Part shown: positions 10,220 to 19,701 of the stretch, one piece after another
How the letters are laid out: the number at the start of each line of letters is the position of its first letter
How positions within the stretch are numbered: position 1 is the first letter of the stretch
The notes under the pieces: model-generated
Database searches by the model: none
What the model was told of the DNA's origin: nothing
What the model saw: the letters and a program-made list of their open reading frames with translations, nothing else
Program-made: the position numbers and the translations under genes
Source of the DNA: a virus
Taxonomy: Duplodnaviria; Caudoviricetes
IMG/VR virus record: IMGVR_UViG_3300005512_000009
Span: 1 to 64,000 of that record
Length of the DNA stretch: 64,000 nt
Reading direction: 5' to 3' (one strand)

Positions 10220-11506
10220 ATGAACGCTCTGGATGGAATATCTATAAATTCCAAAATCTCCCTAATAGTTGCAGGTCTAATTATGATGACCTTCTTTGCA
10301 GTACAAACCTGTATTGTATTTGGGATATGTGAACCAACCTTATTTCTTGCCAAATTTGGATGGGGATGTGTTGTATTCTTTATGCCACCATTCTTTAAAG
10401 TGGTACAAGAGTTTATTAAGAAAACTAAAATTAAAGAAGCTAAAATTAATACTCAACTAAACGCAATTGATAAATCTAATTTAATAGTAACTCTAGGAAT
10501 GGACACTACTATATTATCAGCTAATCAAAATTTTCTTAATGTAGTAGGTTATTCAGAAGACGAAATACTAAATAGCAAACACCCTGATTTATGTACTACT
10601 GATTTTAAATCAAGTAAAGAATATAAAACTTTCTGGGAAAAATTACACAATGGAGAATTTGTTTCTGGGGAATTTGAACGTGTAAATAAAAACGGAGAAT
10701 CAATATGGTTATTTGGTACATATACCCCGTTACGGAATGCTAACGGAGTGTATGATAAAGTACTTAAAATAGCTGTTGATATTACATCACAACATAAAGC
10801 TGAAGCAGAAGTTAAACAAAAAAGTATTTACTTAGAACACGCTGCAAAAATCATTAGACATGATATGCATAGTGGTATCAACACTTACATTCCAAGAGGA
10901 TTAAATTCACTTCAAAGAAGGTTGGATGATGAACAAAAGAAAAAACTAAGAGCACCACTACAATTGTTAGGAGATGGTGTTAAACATGCTCAAAAAGTAT
11001 ATAGTGGAGTATATGAATTTACTAATTTAGTAAAAGAAAATGCTCAGATGCCGAAAACACCAAATAACATTAAACAAATCTTAGATGAATATTTATCACT
11101 TACTGCATATAAAAATCAGGTTCTTTTAGATGATAATTTACCTGTATCATTAGAAGTAAACGAACCACTTTTTTGTACTGCAATTGATAACTTAATTAGA
11201 AATGGATTAAAGTATAATGATTCACCAACAAAATGGGTTAAAATATATTTTGAAGGTAATTATAATAAAGGGAGCTTCATTGTTATCGAAGATAATGGCA
11301 GAGGTATGACTCAGAGTGAATTTGATGAGTTATCTAAACCATATGTTCGTAAAGAAGGTCAAAAAGAGAAAGGAACGGGTCTTGGTTTAAATATTTGTAA
11401 AGCTATACTAAAGGAGCATGGTTTTGAACTTTCAATTGAAGAAATAGAAGATGACCCCGACACAGTTGAAATTGAAAGTGGAACTAAAATGAGAATAAAG
11501 ATATGA
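10220..11506 (+). CDS. Membrane-bound PAS-domain sensor histidine kinase
   Basis: 2 TMs, PAS/PAC (FWEKL..GEF..GESIWL..YTP), H-box IRHDMH, N-box IDNLIRNGLKYN, EDNGRGM, GTGLGLNIC. Confidence 0.92.
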   Translation: MNALDGISINSKISLIVAGLIMMTFFAVQTCIVFGICEPTLFLAKFGWGCVVFFMPPFFKVVQEFIKKTKIKEAKINTQLNAIDKSNLIVTLGMDTTILSANQNFLNVVGYSEDEILNSKHPDLCTTDFKSSKEYKTFWEKLHNGEFVSGEFERVNKNGESIWLFGTYTPLRNANGVYDKVLKIAVDITSQHKAEAEVKQKSIYLEHAAKIIRHDMHSGINTYIPRGLNSLQRRLDDEQKKKLRAPLQLLGDGVKHAQKVYSGVYEFTNLVKENAQMPKTPNNIKQILDEYLSLTAYKNQVLLDDNLPVSLEVNEPLFCTAIDNLIRNGLKYNDSPTKWVKIYFEGNYNKGSFIVIEDNGRGMTQSEFDELSKPYVRKEGQKEKGTGLGLNICKAILKEHGFELSIEEIEDDPDTVEIESGTKMRIKI

Positions 11507-11940
11507 TTGATTCGTTAATGTTAGTAGATGATGAAAATTTGTTTCATCTTGTGTTTGAAGATGCGTGTTCTCTATTAGATATTACTCTTGCATTAGAAGC
11601 ATTGGATTCTTCTGATGAAGCAGATAAACTTTTTAAGAAATGGTTTACAGATGGTCCTGTAGATGAAAGACCAGAGTGTGTATTTGTTGATTTAAATATA
11701 ATTGGGTCTTCGTTTGATGGTATTGAACTAATCAGAAAAATAAATTATGAGTATGGTAATGGAGTGGTTATCGGAATCATCTCATCTTCTCAGGATGAAC
11801 AAGAAATCGAAAAGGCTAGAGCCGTTGGAGCTCAATTTTGGATTATTAAATCAGATGATATAGAACCTCGATTAGAAGAATTTAAAGCTGATTATGAAGG
11901 TTATAAAAATAGAACAGCACCTTTCAAAGTGTACAAGTAA
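11503..11940 (+). CDS. Stand-alone response regulator receiver
   Basis: LVDDE, VFVDLN (phosphoacceptor), DGIELI, ISSS, WIIKS. Confidence 0.9.
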   Translation: MIDSLMLVDDENLFHLVFEDACSLLDITLALEALDSSDEADKLFKKWFTDGPVDERPECVFVDLNIIGSSFDGIELIRKINYEYGNGVVIGIISSSQDEQEIEKARAVGAQFWIIKSDDIEPRLEEFKADYEGYKNRTAPFKVYK

Positions 11941-11949
11941 TGAAGAAAG

Positions 11950-12627
11950 ATGAAAATACAAAAATCTACGAGGGATATTCTATTAGAAATAGCCAAACAT
12001 AAGAGAGTTTATGTTGAGGGCAACTTTCTAAAACTAATTGAGCCAGAAGAAGGTGATGAAGAGTTCGAAGAATATTTAAAGTTATGTAAAGAAAAAGATT
12101 CAACTTCTCGTAGAAAAAGATTAGAAGTTACAAAACAAGTTCAAAAACAAAATTCTGAATTAGAGAAGGCTCAAAAAGAAAACAAACGAGTAAATAGACA
12201 ATTAGAAAAAGCTCTTAACGAAGCCATATATTCTGCAGAACAATCAAAAAAATCAAAAGAAGAAGCCGAAAAGGCAAAAGAAGAATTGGAAGTTGCATTA
12301 CAACTTGCAGAACAATCTAAAGAAGAAGCCCATAAATTAAAGGCTGAAGCAGAACACGCAAAAGAGGTTGCAGAAACCGACCTCTCATTACTACAAAAGA
12401 AAACACAAACCGAATTGATGGGTAACATCGTAAGAGTTGCTCTATGGGTTATTATGGGTGTAGGCTTACTTACTACAGCATTATATGTATTTGTGATGGT
12501 AAGAGGGTTGGATGCTAAAATTATTGAATCAACCTGGTCAAATCTATTTGGTATCTTACTTACAAATTCATTTAGTATTATTGGTACTATTATGGGTGTT
12601 AAACACGCTACTAAAGACAAAGAATAG
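11950..12627 (+). CDS. Coiled-coil protein with two C-terminal TM helices
   Basis: E/K/A-rich heptads then two hydrophobic segments. Confidence 0.7.
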   Translation: MKIQKSTRDILLEIAKHKRVYVEGNFLKLIEPEEGDEEFEEYLKLCKEKDSTSRRKRLEVTKQVQKQNSELEKAQKENKRVNRQLEKALNEAIYSAEQSKKSKEEAEKAKEELEVALQLAEQSKEEAHKLKAEAEHAKEVAETDLSLLQKKTQTELMGNIVRVALWVIMGVGLLTTALYVFVMVRGLDAKIIESTWSNLFGILLTNSFSIIGTIMGVKHATKDKE

Positions 12628-12658
12628 GATCTTCCCAATATTTTCATTATAATATAGT

Positions 12659-13006
12659 ATGGATTATAAAAACATACTGTACGGAGCATTGTTATTTATC
12701 ATTGGGCAAGCCATTGTTTGGATGCAAATTAATAGCCCGATTATATGGAATCTTTCTAAGCAACAAAAATGGGCTTTAATATTTTTAGGTGTGCCAATTA
12801 CATGGTTATTTATGGAAGGAACTAAATCTTTAGTAATTGGGTTTAATGGATCTTTTTGGCCCGGTAGATTCATCTCATTTGTAATGGGTATTATTGTTTT
12901 TACTATATTCACATACATTTTCCGGGGAGAAGGAATAACTATTAAGACTGCTATATCGTTAGTACTTGCACTCGGCATCATTTGTACACAGCTCTTTTGG
13001 AAGTAA
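12659..13006 (+). CDS. Four-TM membrane protein (DMT/SMR-like)
   Basis: Four hydrophobic helices; C-terminal GEGITIKT. Confidence 0.5.
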   Translation: MDYKNILYGALLFIIGQAIVWMQINSPIIWNLSKQQKWALIFLGVPITWLFMEGTKSLVIGFNGSFWPGRFISFVMGIIVFTIFTYIFRGEGITIKTAISLVLALGIICTQLFWK

Positions 13007-13044
13007 ACATATTTATAATAAATGAATATGTACTGGAGTATATA

Positions 13045-15165
13045 ATGAATATAGATAATATCATTAAAGAAGAAATTGCTCGATTAAATGAAACTGCTGG
13101 TAAAAATATGCCAGATACATTTTTTGATCGGGTTGTACAAAAGCTTGGAGGAACACCAACTCAAGAAAAAAGAAGATTTTTCAGAGCATGGAAACGAGCT
13201 GAAGGCACTGATGCTAAAAATAATCCATTAGCAACAACACTTAAACTTAAAACCTCACATGGTGGTTCGACTGACATGAAAGGTAGCTATAATAACGGCC
13301 AGCCAGTTCAAGATTATAAAACAATGGATGCTGGTGTTGATGCTACATTTTGGACGTTAAAAAATACATATGGAGGTAAGGCTTATCAAAATTTAGTTGA
13401 TAAACTAAAATCTGATGATATAACTGCAGAAGAATTAGCTGCAGAAAAGAAAGAATTAGCTACTTGGTCAATGACGGCTGGAAATTATGTAGCAGATCAA
13501 CTCCCATATGTAGCAGATCAACTAGGACCTGGACAAGTGTCTACTAAAAACAATGATGCAGAACAAAAGCCACAACAAAATGGTTTAGATATATCCGATA
13601 AAGAAATTGCTAAATCATTTCAACAAGCATCTTTAGACCGAATATCTGATAAAGAACATGAAGAGCAGTTGGATAAGATTCAAAGATACTTAGATTATGG
13701 CGGATTTATTCCATTCATTGGGGATGCAGTAGATGCATTAAACGGTGTTCTTTACTTTGCTCGTAACAAACCAATGGAAGGAATATTGTCTTTTATCGCT
13801 ATTATCCCAGGTGTTGGCTCAGTAATAGCAGTACCACTTAAACTTGTATTACGTAGCATCAAAGCCGTTCCTAAAATAGCCTTTCTAGCCAGCAAAAATG
13901 GGGTTAGTTGGTTATCAAAGAATATATTTAAGAATCCTTTATTTAATAAACTAGTTTTAAAAAAATATGGACCGAATTCACTGAAACAAGTGTTAGATGC
14001 AGGAGAACCATTTTTGCGCGCACTTAATGGTTTGCCAACGAAATTAAAAGGCATACCTATAGTAAACCGACTTGCAAATCCTGCAGATCAAGCCGCTAAA
14101 GTATTTGAGAATTTCTTAAAAGCTGGCAGAAAAACATATGACGATATGTTAGCTGCAGCTAGCGGCGGCGCTGCAAAAGCAGCTGAAGCTGGATCTGAAA
14201 CAGTGTTTGCAGCAGTAAAAAAATATGGAAAAATATTGGGCCGATCAAAATTAAATAAAATATTTGGTGGAAAGACAATAGACGCGTTTGTAAAATTTGG
14301 AACAAAAAATTTAGATCAGGTACTTTCTAAAAATATTATCAATAAGATTGTTACTAGAGTTGCAAGAAACCCAGAAGCGTTTCAGCAGTTATTGCGACAA
14401 GTTGATTTTGATAACCCAGCTACAAAGAAAAAAATCAAAGAGTTTTTAGAAGGAGCATTTATTAAAGACCCAGACCTTGCTAAATTATACTCAGGGTCGC
14501 GCGGCACGCGTTTAACCCAAAGAGCTATCGATACAATACCAAACGCGTCATCAGATCAAATAAAACGGCTTCTTGGCGATACTAGGATGTTTAATTCAAA
14601 ATTTAGAAAACGATTCTTAGAATATGTTACAAACAGCCCTGACGCTGGTTCATATTTTCGAAAGTTTAATGATGTATTTAAATCTAGAGCTGGTATACAA
14701 GCGGAAAAAGAAATGGCAAACATTACAAACTTTTTCCGCGGTGTAGATGTACGTGGCTTTTTTCTTGGTAAACGAGTTCCAAAAAATGCTAATTTTTGGG
14801 ATAAACTTGGAAAACTTGGTGAAAATATTAATGCGCCAAAAATACTTACGAAACTACCTTATATCCTCGATGATTTTGAAAAAATACAATTCGTACAGGA
14901 TGCAGAAGTAGAAGATCCGAAAATAAAACTTATGTTTGAAAAATTAAAAGGTCAGGTACTCTCGTTGTATGCAAACAAGTTTTATCAAATACCTGGCTTT
15001 TTATCTGCAGATGAGATAGATGAAATAAATGAACGATATAAAAATAATTTGCAAGAAATTCAAAAAATACAAAGCTTGATAGCAAATGATATTGCTTCTG
15101 GAAAAGAAGATTATACAGAAGGCGATTTAAAGGCTTTAGAATTGGCAGCAGAATTAACAGAATAA
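13045..15165 (+). CDS. Large putative virion protein: lysozyme-like N-domain, pre-toxin-like motif, basic C-region
   Basis: AWKRAEG..NNPLATT..QDY; LDYGGFIPFIGDAVDALNG..SFIAIIPGVG. Confidence 0.6.
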   Translation: MNIDNIIKEEIARLNETAGKNMPDTFFDRVVQKLGGTPTQEKRRFFRAWKRAEGTDAKNNPLATTLKLKTSHGGSTDMKGSYNNGQPVQDYKTMDAGVDATFWTLKNTYGGKAYQNLVDKLKSDDITAEELAAEKKELATWSMTAGNYVADQLPYVADQLGPGQVSTKNNDAEQKPQQNGLDISDKEIAKSFQQASLDRISDKEHEEQLDKIQRYLDYGGFIPFIGDAVDALNGVLYFARNKPMEGILSFIAIIPGVGSVIAVPLKLVLRSIKAVPKIAFLASKNGVSWLSKNIFKNPLFNKLVLKKYGPNSLKQVLDAGEPFLRALNGLPTKLKGIPIVNRLANPADQAAKVFENFLKAGRKTYDDMLAAASGGAAKAAEAGSETVFAAVKKYGKILGRSKLNKIFGGKTIDAFVKFGTKNLDQVLSKNIINKIVTRVARNPEAFQQLLRQVDFDNPATKKKIKEFLEGAFIKDPDLAKLYSGSRGTRLTQRAIDTIPNASSDQIKRLLGDTRMFNSKFRKRFLEYVTNSPDAGSYFRKFNDVFKSRAGIQAEKEMANITNFFRGVDVRGFFLGKRVPKNANFWDKLGKLGENINAPKILTKLPYILDDFEKIQFVQDAEVEDPKIKLMFEKLKGQVLSLYANKFYQIPGFLSADEIDEINERYKNNLQEIQKIQSLIANDIASGKEDYTEGDLKALELAAELTE

Positions 15166-15950
15166 TGATACGAGAATATCAAACACAGAATGAATTGAAT
15201 CCAAAGCTTTGGGATGGTGGCCAATTAAAACCTAGTCTTCGTCTCAAACTGCTTAAGATTGCCCAATACTTTTATGAGTTCTTGGGCATTGATGCTCCAA
15301 TCAAAGGAGTTATTCTTACAGGTAGCAATGTAAATTATAATTGGACTGATACTTCTGATATTGATCTTCATGTTCTTATCAATTATAAAGATGTAAATGA
15401 CAGCATACCATTTGTCAGAGAATACATGATGGCAAAAAAGAGTATTTGGAACAATACTTATCCATTACAATATAAAGGTATGCCAATTGAATTGTATGCA
15501 CAGGATGAAAATGAGCCTCATGCATCAACTGGTGTATATTGTTTGAGTTGTGATAAATGGTTGAAACAACCATCCCCAGAACAAGTATCAGTAGATGATG
15601 TTGAAATAGATCGTAAAGCTGATCCTTATAAGTTTGAAATAGACAATCTTCAAGCAGATGATCCGCAACTTGAAATGAAGATCAAAAGTCTTAAAAAGAG
15701 ATTGAAACGAATGCGTCAAACAGGTCTTGAAGCTTCAGGTGAATATTCAGTTGAAAACTTGGCATTCAAAACACTTCGTAATTCAGGACATTTAGCTAAA
15801 CTCAATGATTTGCAACAAGGCAATGTAATGAGTTCATTAGCATTAGAAGCTTCAGTAGATGAAGTGTATGCAGATAGTGGTTTAGGTAAATGGTTTGGTA
15901 AAGGAAAAGAAGGAGGTGTTGGCGGCACATGGAGGAAATCAAAGAAATGA
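15165..15950 (+). CDS. Pol-beta superfamily nucleotidyltransferase
   Basis: LTGSNVNYNW..SDIDLHV, IELYAQD. Confidence 0.75.
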   Translation: MIREYQTQNELNPKLWDGGQLKPSLRLKLLKIAQYFYEFLGIDAPIKGVILTGSNVNYNWTDTSDIDLHVLINYKDVNDSIPFVREYMMAKKSIWNNTYPLQYKGMPIELYAQDENEPHASTGVYCLSCDKWLKQPSPEQVSVDDVEIDRKADPYKFEIDNLQADDPQLEMKIKSLKKRLKRMRQTGLEASGEYSVENLAFKTLRNSGHLAKLNDLQQGNVMSSLALEASVDEVYADSGLGKWFGKGKEGGVGGTWRKSKK

Positions 15951-16366
15951 AATTAAAATATTTAGCATTAGAAGCCAAAACAAAATGTCCTGCACCAACT
16001 CAAGACATTGCACTCAATTTGAAGAACAGACAGACTGCAATTGATGAATATGGGTATGGTCCTGCTGATCCATCTCAAAAGAATGAAAAGTTTTGGCAGA
16101 AGAAACAGGATATGTGGAACACTGATTCTGCAGACGAATTAAAAAATATGATTTGTGGCACATGTGCTGCATTTGACATAACAAACAAAACATTGGATTG
16201 TATCAGTAAAGGCATTGGAGGTGAGGAAGCAAATGACCCATATGATGTTATCGATGCAGGAAAATTAGGTTATTGCAGATTTCTTAAATTTAAGTGCGCC
16301 TCTAAAAGAACTTGCGATGCTTGGGTATCCGGAGGACCAATAAAAAAGGAAAAGAATGAAAAGTAA
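15947..16366 (+). CDS. Cys-rich phage protein
   Basis: CPAPTQD..CGTCAAFD..GYC..FKC..RTCDAW. Confidence 0.65.
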   Translation: MKLKYLALEAKTKCPAPTQDIALNLKNRQTAIDEYGYGPADPSQKNEKFWQKKQDMWNTDSADELKNMICGTCAAFDITNKTLDCISKGIGGEEANDPYDVIDAGKLGYCRFLKFKCASKRTCDAWVSGGPIKKEKNEK

Positions 16367-16520
16367 AGGTTTAGGTGATGACATTGCAAAGATTACGTCA
16401 GCAACACGTTTGGACAAGTTAGCAGAACGTATCAATGAAATCATTACTGGCGATAAAGACTGCGGATGCAGCAAGAGACAAGATAAATTGAATAAGATAT
16501 TTCCATATAAGGATAAATGA
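16356..16520 (+). CDS. Small phage protein (54 aa)
   Basis: Read manually: MKSKGLGDDIAK...DCGCSKRQDKLNKIFPY. Confidence 0.7.
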   Translation: MKSKGLGDDIAKITSATRLDKLAERINEIITGDKDCGCSKRQDKLNKIFPYKDK

Positions 16521-17113
16521 TGAGCAAGAAAAAATTACAAGAAGGATTTGGAATAGGAGAACTTCCTTCATCTAAACTAATGAAGATGAAAGTGGGACTT
16601 AAAGATCTTATGCCAGAAGGCGATGGATACCAAGTAGTTCCAGGCAAAGTATATGACAATCCATATGCAATGGCATTCAAACCAGTTGATCATGATGACA
16701 CTAAAGGAATGGGTTTGACTCATTCTTATACTACTGATTATGATCATGAAGGCAAAATGGCACGTACACAGCTTGAGCGTTGCATTGACACATCAAAAAT
16801 GCTTCGTGGTATGATTGATGAAAAAGCTGAATTGCCGGCATGGGTGCAAGCCAAACTGACTAAAGCAGCAGACTATTTGCAATCGGTTCATAACTACATG
16901 GATGGTCAAGATGGATTAGCAGATGACGGCCTGTTTCGTAAAAAAGAATTGATTGCTTCTATTCAACAAGACTTAGATGAAAAGATTCGCAAAGTAGAAG
17001 ATGGTTGGGCTGTATATCCAAGTGCGGGAGGAAAACGTTTAGGTACGCATCCTACAAAGAAAGCAGCTTTAAAACAATTGGCAGCTATTGAGATCAGCAA
17101 ACAAAAGAAATGA
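16517..17113 (+). CDS. Hypothetical putative head-associated protein
   Basis: DHEGKMA..LPAWVQAKLTKAADY; C-terminal LGTHPTKKAALKQL. Confidence 0.6.
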   Translation: MMSKKKLQEGFGIGELPSSKLMKMKVGLKDLMPEGDGYQVVPGKVYDNPYAMAFKPVDHDDTKGMGLTHSYTTDYDHEGKMARTQLERCIDTSKMLRGMIDEKAELPAWVQAKLTKAADYLQSVHNYMDGQDGLADDGLFRKKELIASIQQDLDEKIRKVEDGWAVYPSAGGKRLGTHPTKKAALKQLAAIEISKQKK

Positions 17114-17742
17114 TTAAGCTCAAAGACATATTACTAGAGGCTCCTAAAACAAATTTTAATGCCGAACTCATTGATTTTAATGAATCAAATGTATCTGCAG
17201 GACAAATGATATTTGATTATATTCGTAGTCATGAAAAGTTCGTACCATTTACTTATGATGATAAGGCAGGATATCCTCCAAAGCCATATGACAAATCAAA
17301 AGGTGCACCTAAGGGACGTTTAACAATTGGCTATGGAAGTACAGACCCAGAGTATGCATACCCAGGAAATAAAATAACAGAAGTAGAAGGTAAAAGACTT
17401 TCAGTAACAGGCATCAATGATGCTGCTGATTGTATACGTCGTTGGCAAAGCAGATCTAATGAGTTTGATGTGCATCAAAGAAAAATAACATTGAATATGT
17501 TTAGAGCATTAATTGACTTTGTATATAATGTTGGTTGTTCAGCTGCAGTGAATGGCGCAGTGTTTGAGTCAATTGAAGCAGGCGATTATGAAGATGCATA
17601 TACTCGTCTTAAAACTGGGAATTGGGGACACGAATCTAGACGTACAGAGACTGCAGAATTATTTGCACAAGAAGGGTTTCCTAATAGATATATCAATACA
17701 GCAAATCTGCAGTCCATGGCAAATTTCAAAACCAAAAAATAA
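17110..17742 (+). CDS. Lysozyme (GH24-like) with N-terminal leader
   Basis: IRSHEKF..YDD..LTIGYG, ALIDFVYNVG, RRTETAELF. Confidence 0.8.
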   Translation: MIKLKDILLEAPKTNFNAELIDFNESNVSAGQMIFDYIRSHEKFVPFTYDDKAGYPPKPYDKSKGAPKGRLTIGYGSTDPEYAYPGNKITEVEGKRLSVTGINDAADCIRRWQSRSNEFDVHQRKITLNMFRALIDFVYNVGCSAAVNGAVFESIEAGDYEDAYTRLKTGNWGHESRRTETAELFAQEGFPNRYINTANLQSMANFKTKK

Positions 17743-17777
17743 TTTGGATCTTCCTACATAATTTAGTATAATACAGT

Positions 17778-17981
17778 ATGATAACGGGGTTTGGAATGTA
17801 TGTAAATCATTTAGATAAATTTCTCAAAGTTGTGTTTAGCAATACAGAGGTTTGGCAATGGCCCACATCATGGTCAGAACTTGATAAACTTAAGTTTATT
17901 GATGAAGGATTAGAATATTTAGAAAAACAAGAAATGTACGAAGAATGCAAAAAGTTATATGAGCTCAAAAAGACGATCTAA
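17778..17981 (+). CDS. Hypothetical protein
   Basis: ORF behind TTGGAT-N17-TATAAT promoter. Confidence 0.5.
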   Translation: MITGFGMYVNHLDKFLKVVFSNTEVWQWPTSWSELDKLKFIDEGLEYLEKQEMYEECKKLYELKKTI

Positions 17982-18213
17982 GTATCAATTGGTTTTAAAA
18001 AATGATGACGAGAATTCATTTCAACACGTAATTACTTGCTTAATGGAAATTTGTAATCATAACTATTATCAGGCAGGTCAATGTGCAAACATAGTTCATA
18101 CTAATGGACAATGTTGTGTGTATGTTGGGTGGAAAGATGAAGTAGAAGAAGTATATGAGTTGATGCAGGCAGAGGGGTTGAAATTAGAACTTGTAAAGCA
18201 TACAGGTCGGTAA
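17959..18213 (+). CDS. clpS: Clp protease adaptor ClpS
   Basis: LVLKNDDENSFQHVI..L..IC..QA.QCA.IVHTNG. Confidence 0.85.
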   Translation: MSSKRRSKYQLVLKNDDENSFQHVITCLMEICNHNYYQAGQCANIVHTNGQCCVYVGWKDEVEEVYELMQAEGLKLELVKHTGR

Positions 18214-18270
18214 TGGTATTCTGAGTCATATGTTTTGTAAAAATACAAGAGATGTAGGATTTGAATAAAG

Positions 18271-18450
18271 ATGTTTAAAGTTATAGCAAATATTAGAATA
18301 GGGTTGCTTCATGCAACATTTCATCGCAATATGAGACGTGCAACAGCTGCACGAAAGACTCAAGATATTGCAAAATTCAAACGTTATATATATGCAGCAG
18401 AAGATGCATGGAGAAACTTAGTTTTAATCAAAGAAAAATACAAATTATAA
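18271..18450 (+). CDS. Small hypothetical protein (59 aa)
   Basis: Read manually: MFKVIANIRIGLLH... Confidence 0.5.
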   Translation: MFKVIANIRIGLLHATFHRNMRRATAARKTQDIAKFKRYIYAAEDAWRNLVLIKEKYKL

Positions 18451-18453
18451 GTT

Positions 18454-18837
18454 ATGGGAAAACGAGGATACCAAGGCGAATCGCCAAAAGACAGAGCAAC
18501 CAATATCATGGATAAGTTTATCCAACGATCAGATCGTAAAGCTGCTCAGCAAGAAATAAAACCATTAAGACGAAAAGACCCAAATATTCCAATGGAATTG
18601 TGGCCATTGAAAGACCAAATTGAATATTGGGATAATCGTACGCCAGAACAAATATTTCGTTATAAATACACATACTCTTCTTGGTATAATGAAGTATTAG
18701 AAAAATCTGGTATGTACCCAATCACATTCAGAGACTGTGTAGCTAAGCACAAGAGTAGATTGCAAGAATTATTCAATCAATGTACTTCTACTAGAGAAGC
18801 AGTTTCAACATTGCAAAAGGAGAATATTATTTTCTAA
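18454..18837 (+). CDS. Hypothetical protein
   Basis: ORF in operon. Confidence 0.6.
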   Translation: MGKRGYQGESPKDRATNIMDKFIQRSDRKAAQQEIKPLRRKDPNIPMELWPLKDQIEYWDNRTPEQIFRYKYTYSSWYNEVLEKSGMYPITFRDCVAKHKSRLQELFNQCTSTREAVSTLQKENIIF

Positions 18838-19397
18838 TGTGTGCAGATAAGTCACAATACAAGTATGTATATGGCAGAGGCCGTTCTGCGTTTAATCTGT
18901 CAGAGTCTGATGTACGTTATGCAATAGACAATACAAAGTCTAATGCTGAAGCAGCTCGTTTCATGAAAGTGTCATTCACTACATGGAAAAAGTATGCAAA
19001 AATGTATACAGATGCAGAGACGGGAAAGACTCTATATGATACGCATACTAATATTGCTGGTGTTGGAATATCTAAACGAGCACCTAGAGCATCAGCTGGG
19101 CCGTATCAAATTGATGAAATTCTACAAGGAAAATATCCAAAATATCCTGCATGGAAGCTTCGTAACAGATTGTTAGCATTAGGTATTATGGAAGAAGAAT
19201 GTAATAGTTGTGGATATAATGAACATAGAATTACAGATGACACAGTGCCTGTATTGTTAGATCATATTAATGGAGATAACACAGATCATCGTTTAGAAAA
19301 TTTACAGTTGCTTTGTCTAAATTGTTATTATCAACAGGTAGGAAATCCATTCAAGCAAAAATCTCCGAGATTTTGGAATTACAATGACTTAGATTAA
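18837..19397 (+). CDS. HNH endonuclease with N-terminal HTH
   Basis: CNSCG..LDHINGDNTDHRLENLQLLCLNC. Confidence 0.8.
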   Translation: MCADKSQYKYVYGRGRSAFNLSESDVRYAIDNTKSNAEAARFMKVSFTTWKKYAKMYTDAETGKTLYDTHTNIAGVGISKRAPRASAGPYQIDEILQGKYPKYPAWKLRNRLLALGIMEEECNSCGYNEHRITDDTVPVLLDHINGDNTDHRLENLQLLCLNCYYQQVGNPFKQKSPRFWNYNDLD

Positions 19398-19454
19398 GTA
19401 AAGATTAATGAAAAAGTTAGTTACTTAATATTTATTTAAAATAAGGAGGTAACT

Positions 19455-19652
19455 ATGAAAGTTTTATTAGCAGTTACCACAATCTTTTTACTTGTAACAA
19501 GTTGCTCAACTACAGGATCTGTTAAATTTTCTGGAACTAATTTAGACGGGTCAAATGTTACAGTATATCGTGATGCTGAATCAGGCGCAATGCTAAAACA
19601 AGTAATAGACGATGATTCTAGAAAGATTGTAGTAATATACAAAAATCGTTAA
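19455..19652 (+). CDS. Small lipoprotein
   Basis: Signal peptide with lipobox VTSC; AGGAGG SD. Confidence 0.6.
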   Translation: MKVLLAVTTIFLLVTSCSTTGSVKFSGTNLDGSNVTVYRDAESGAMLKQVIDDDSRKIVVIYKNR

Positions 19653-19658
19653 GATGAG

Positions 19659-19682
19659 AGAGGCTTCGGCCTCTTTCTTTTT
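19659..19682 (+). terminator. Intrinsic terminator with C(UUCG)G loop
   Basis: AGAGGC-TTCG-GCCTCT then T-tract. Confidence 0.8.
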
Positions 19683-19701
19683 GTTCAATATTTATATGTG
19701 T

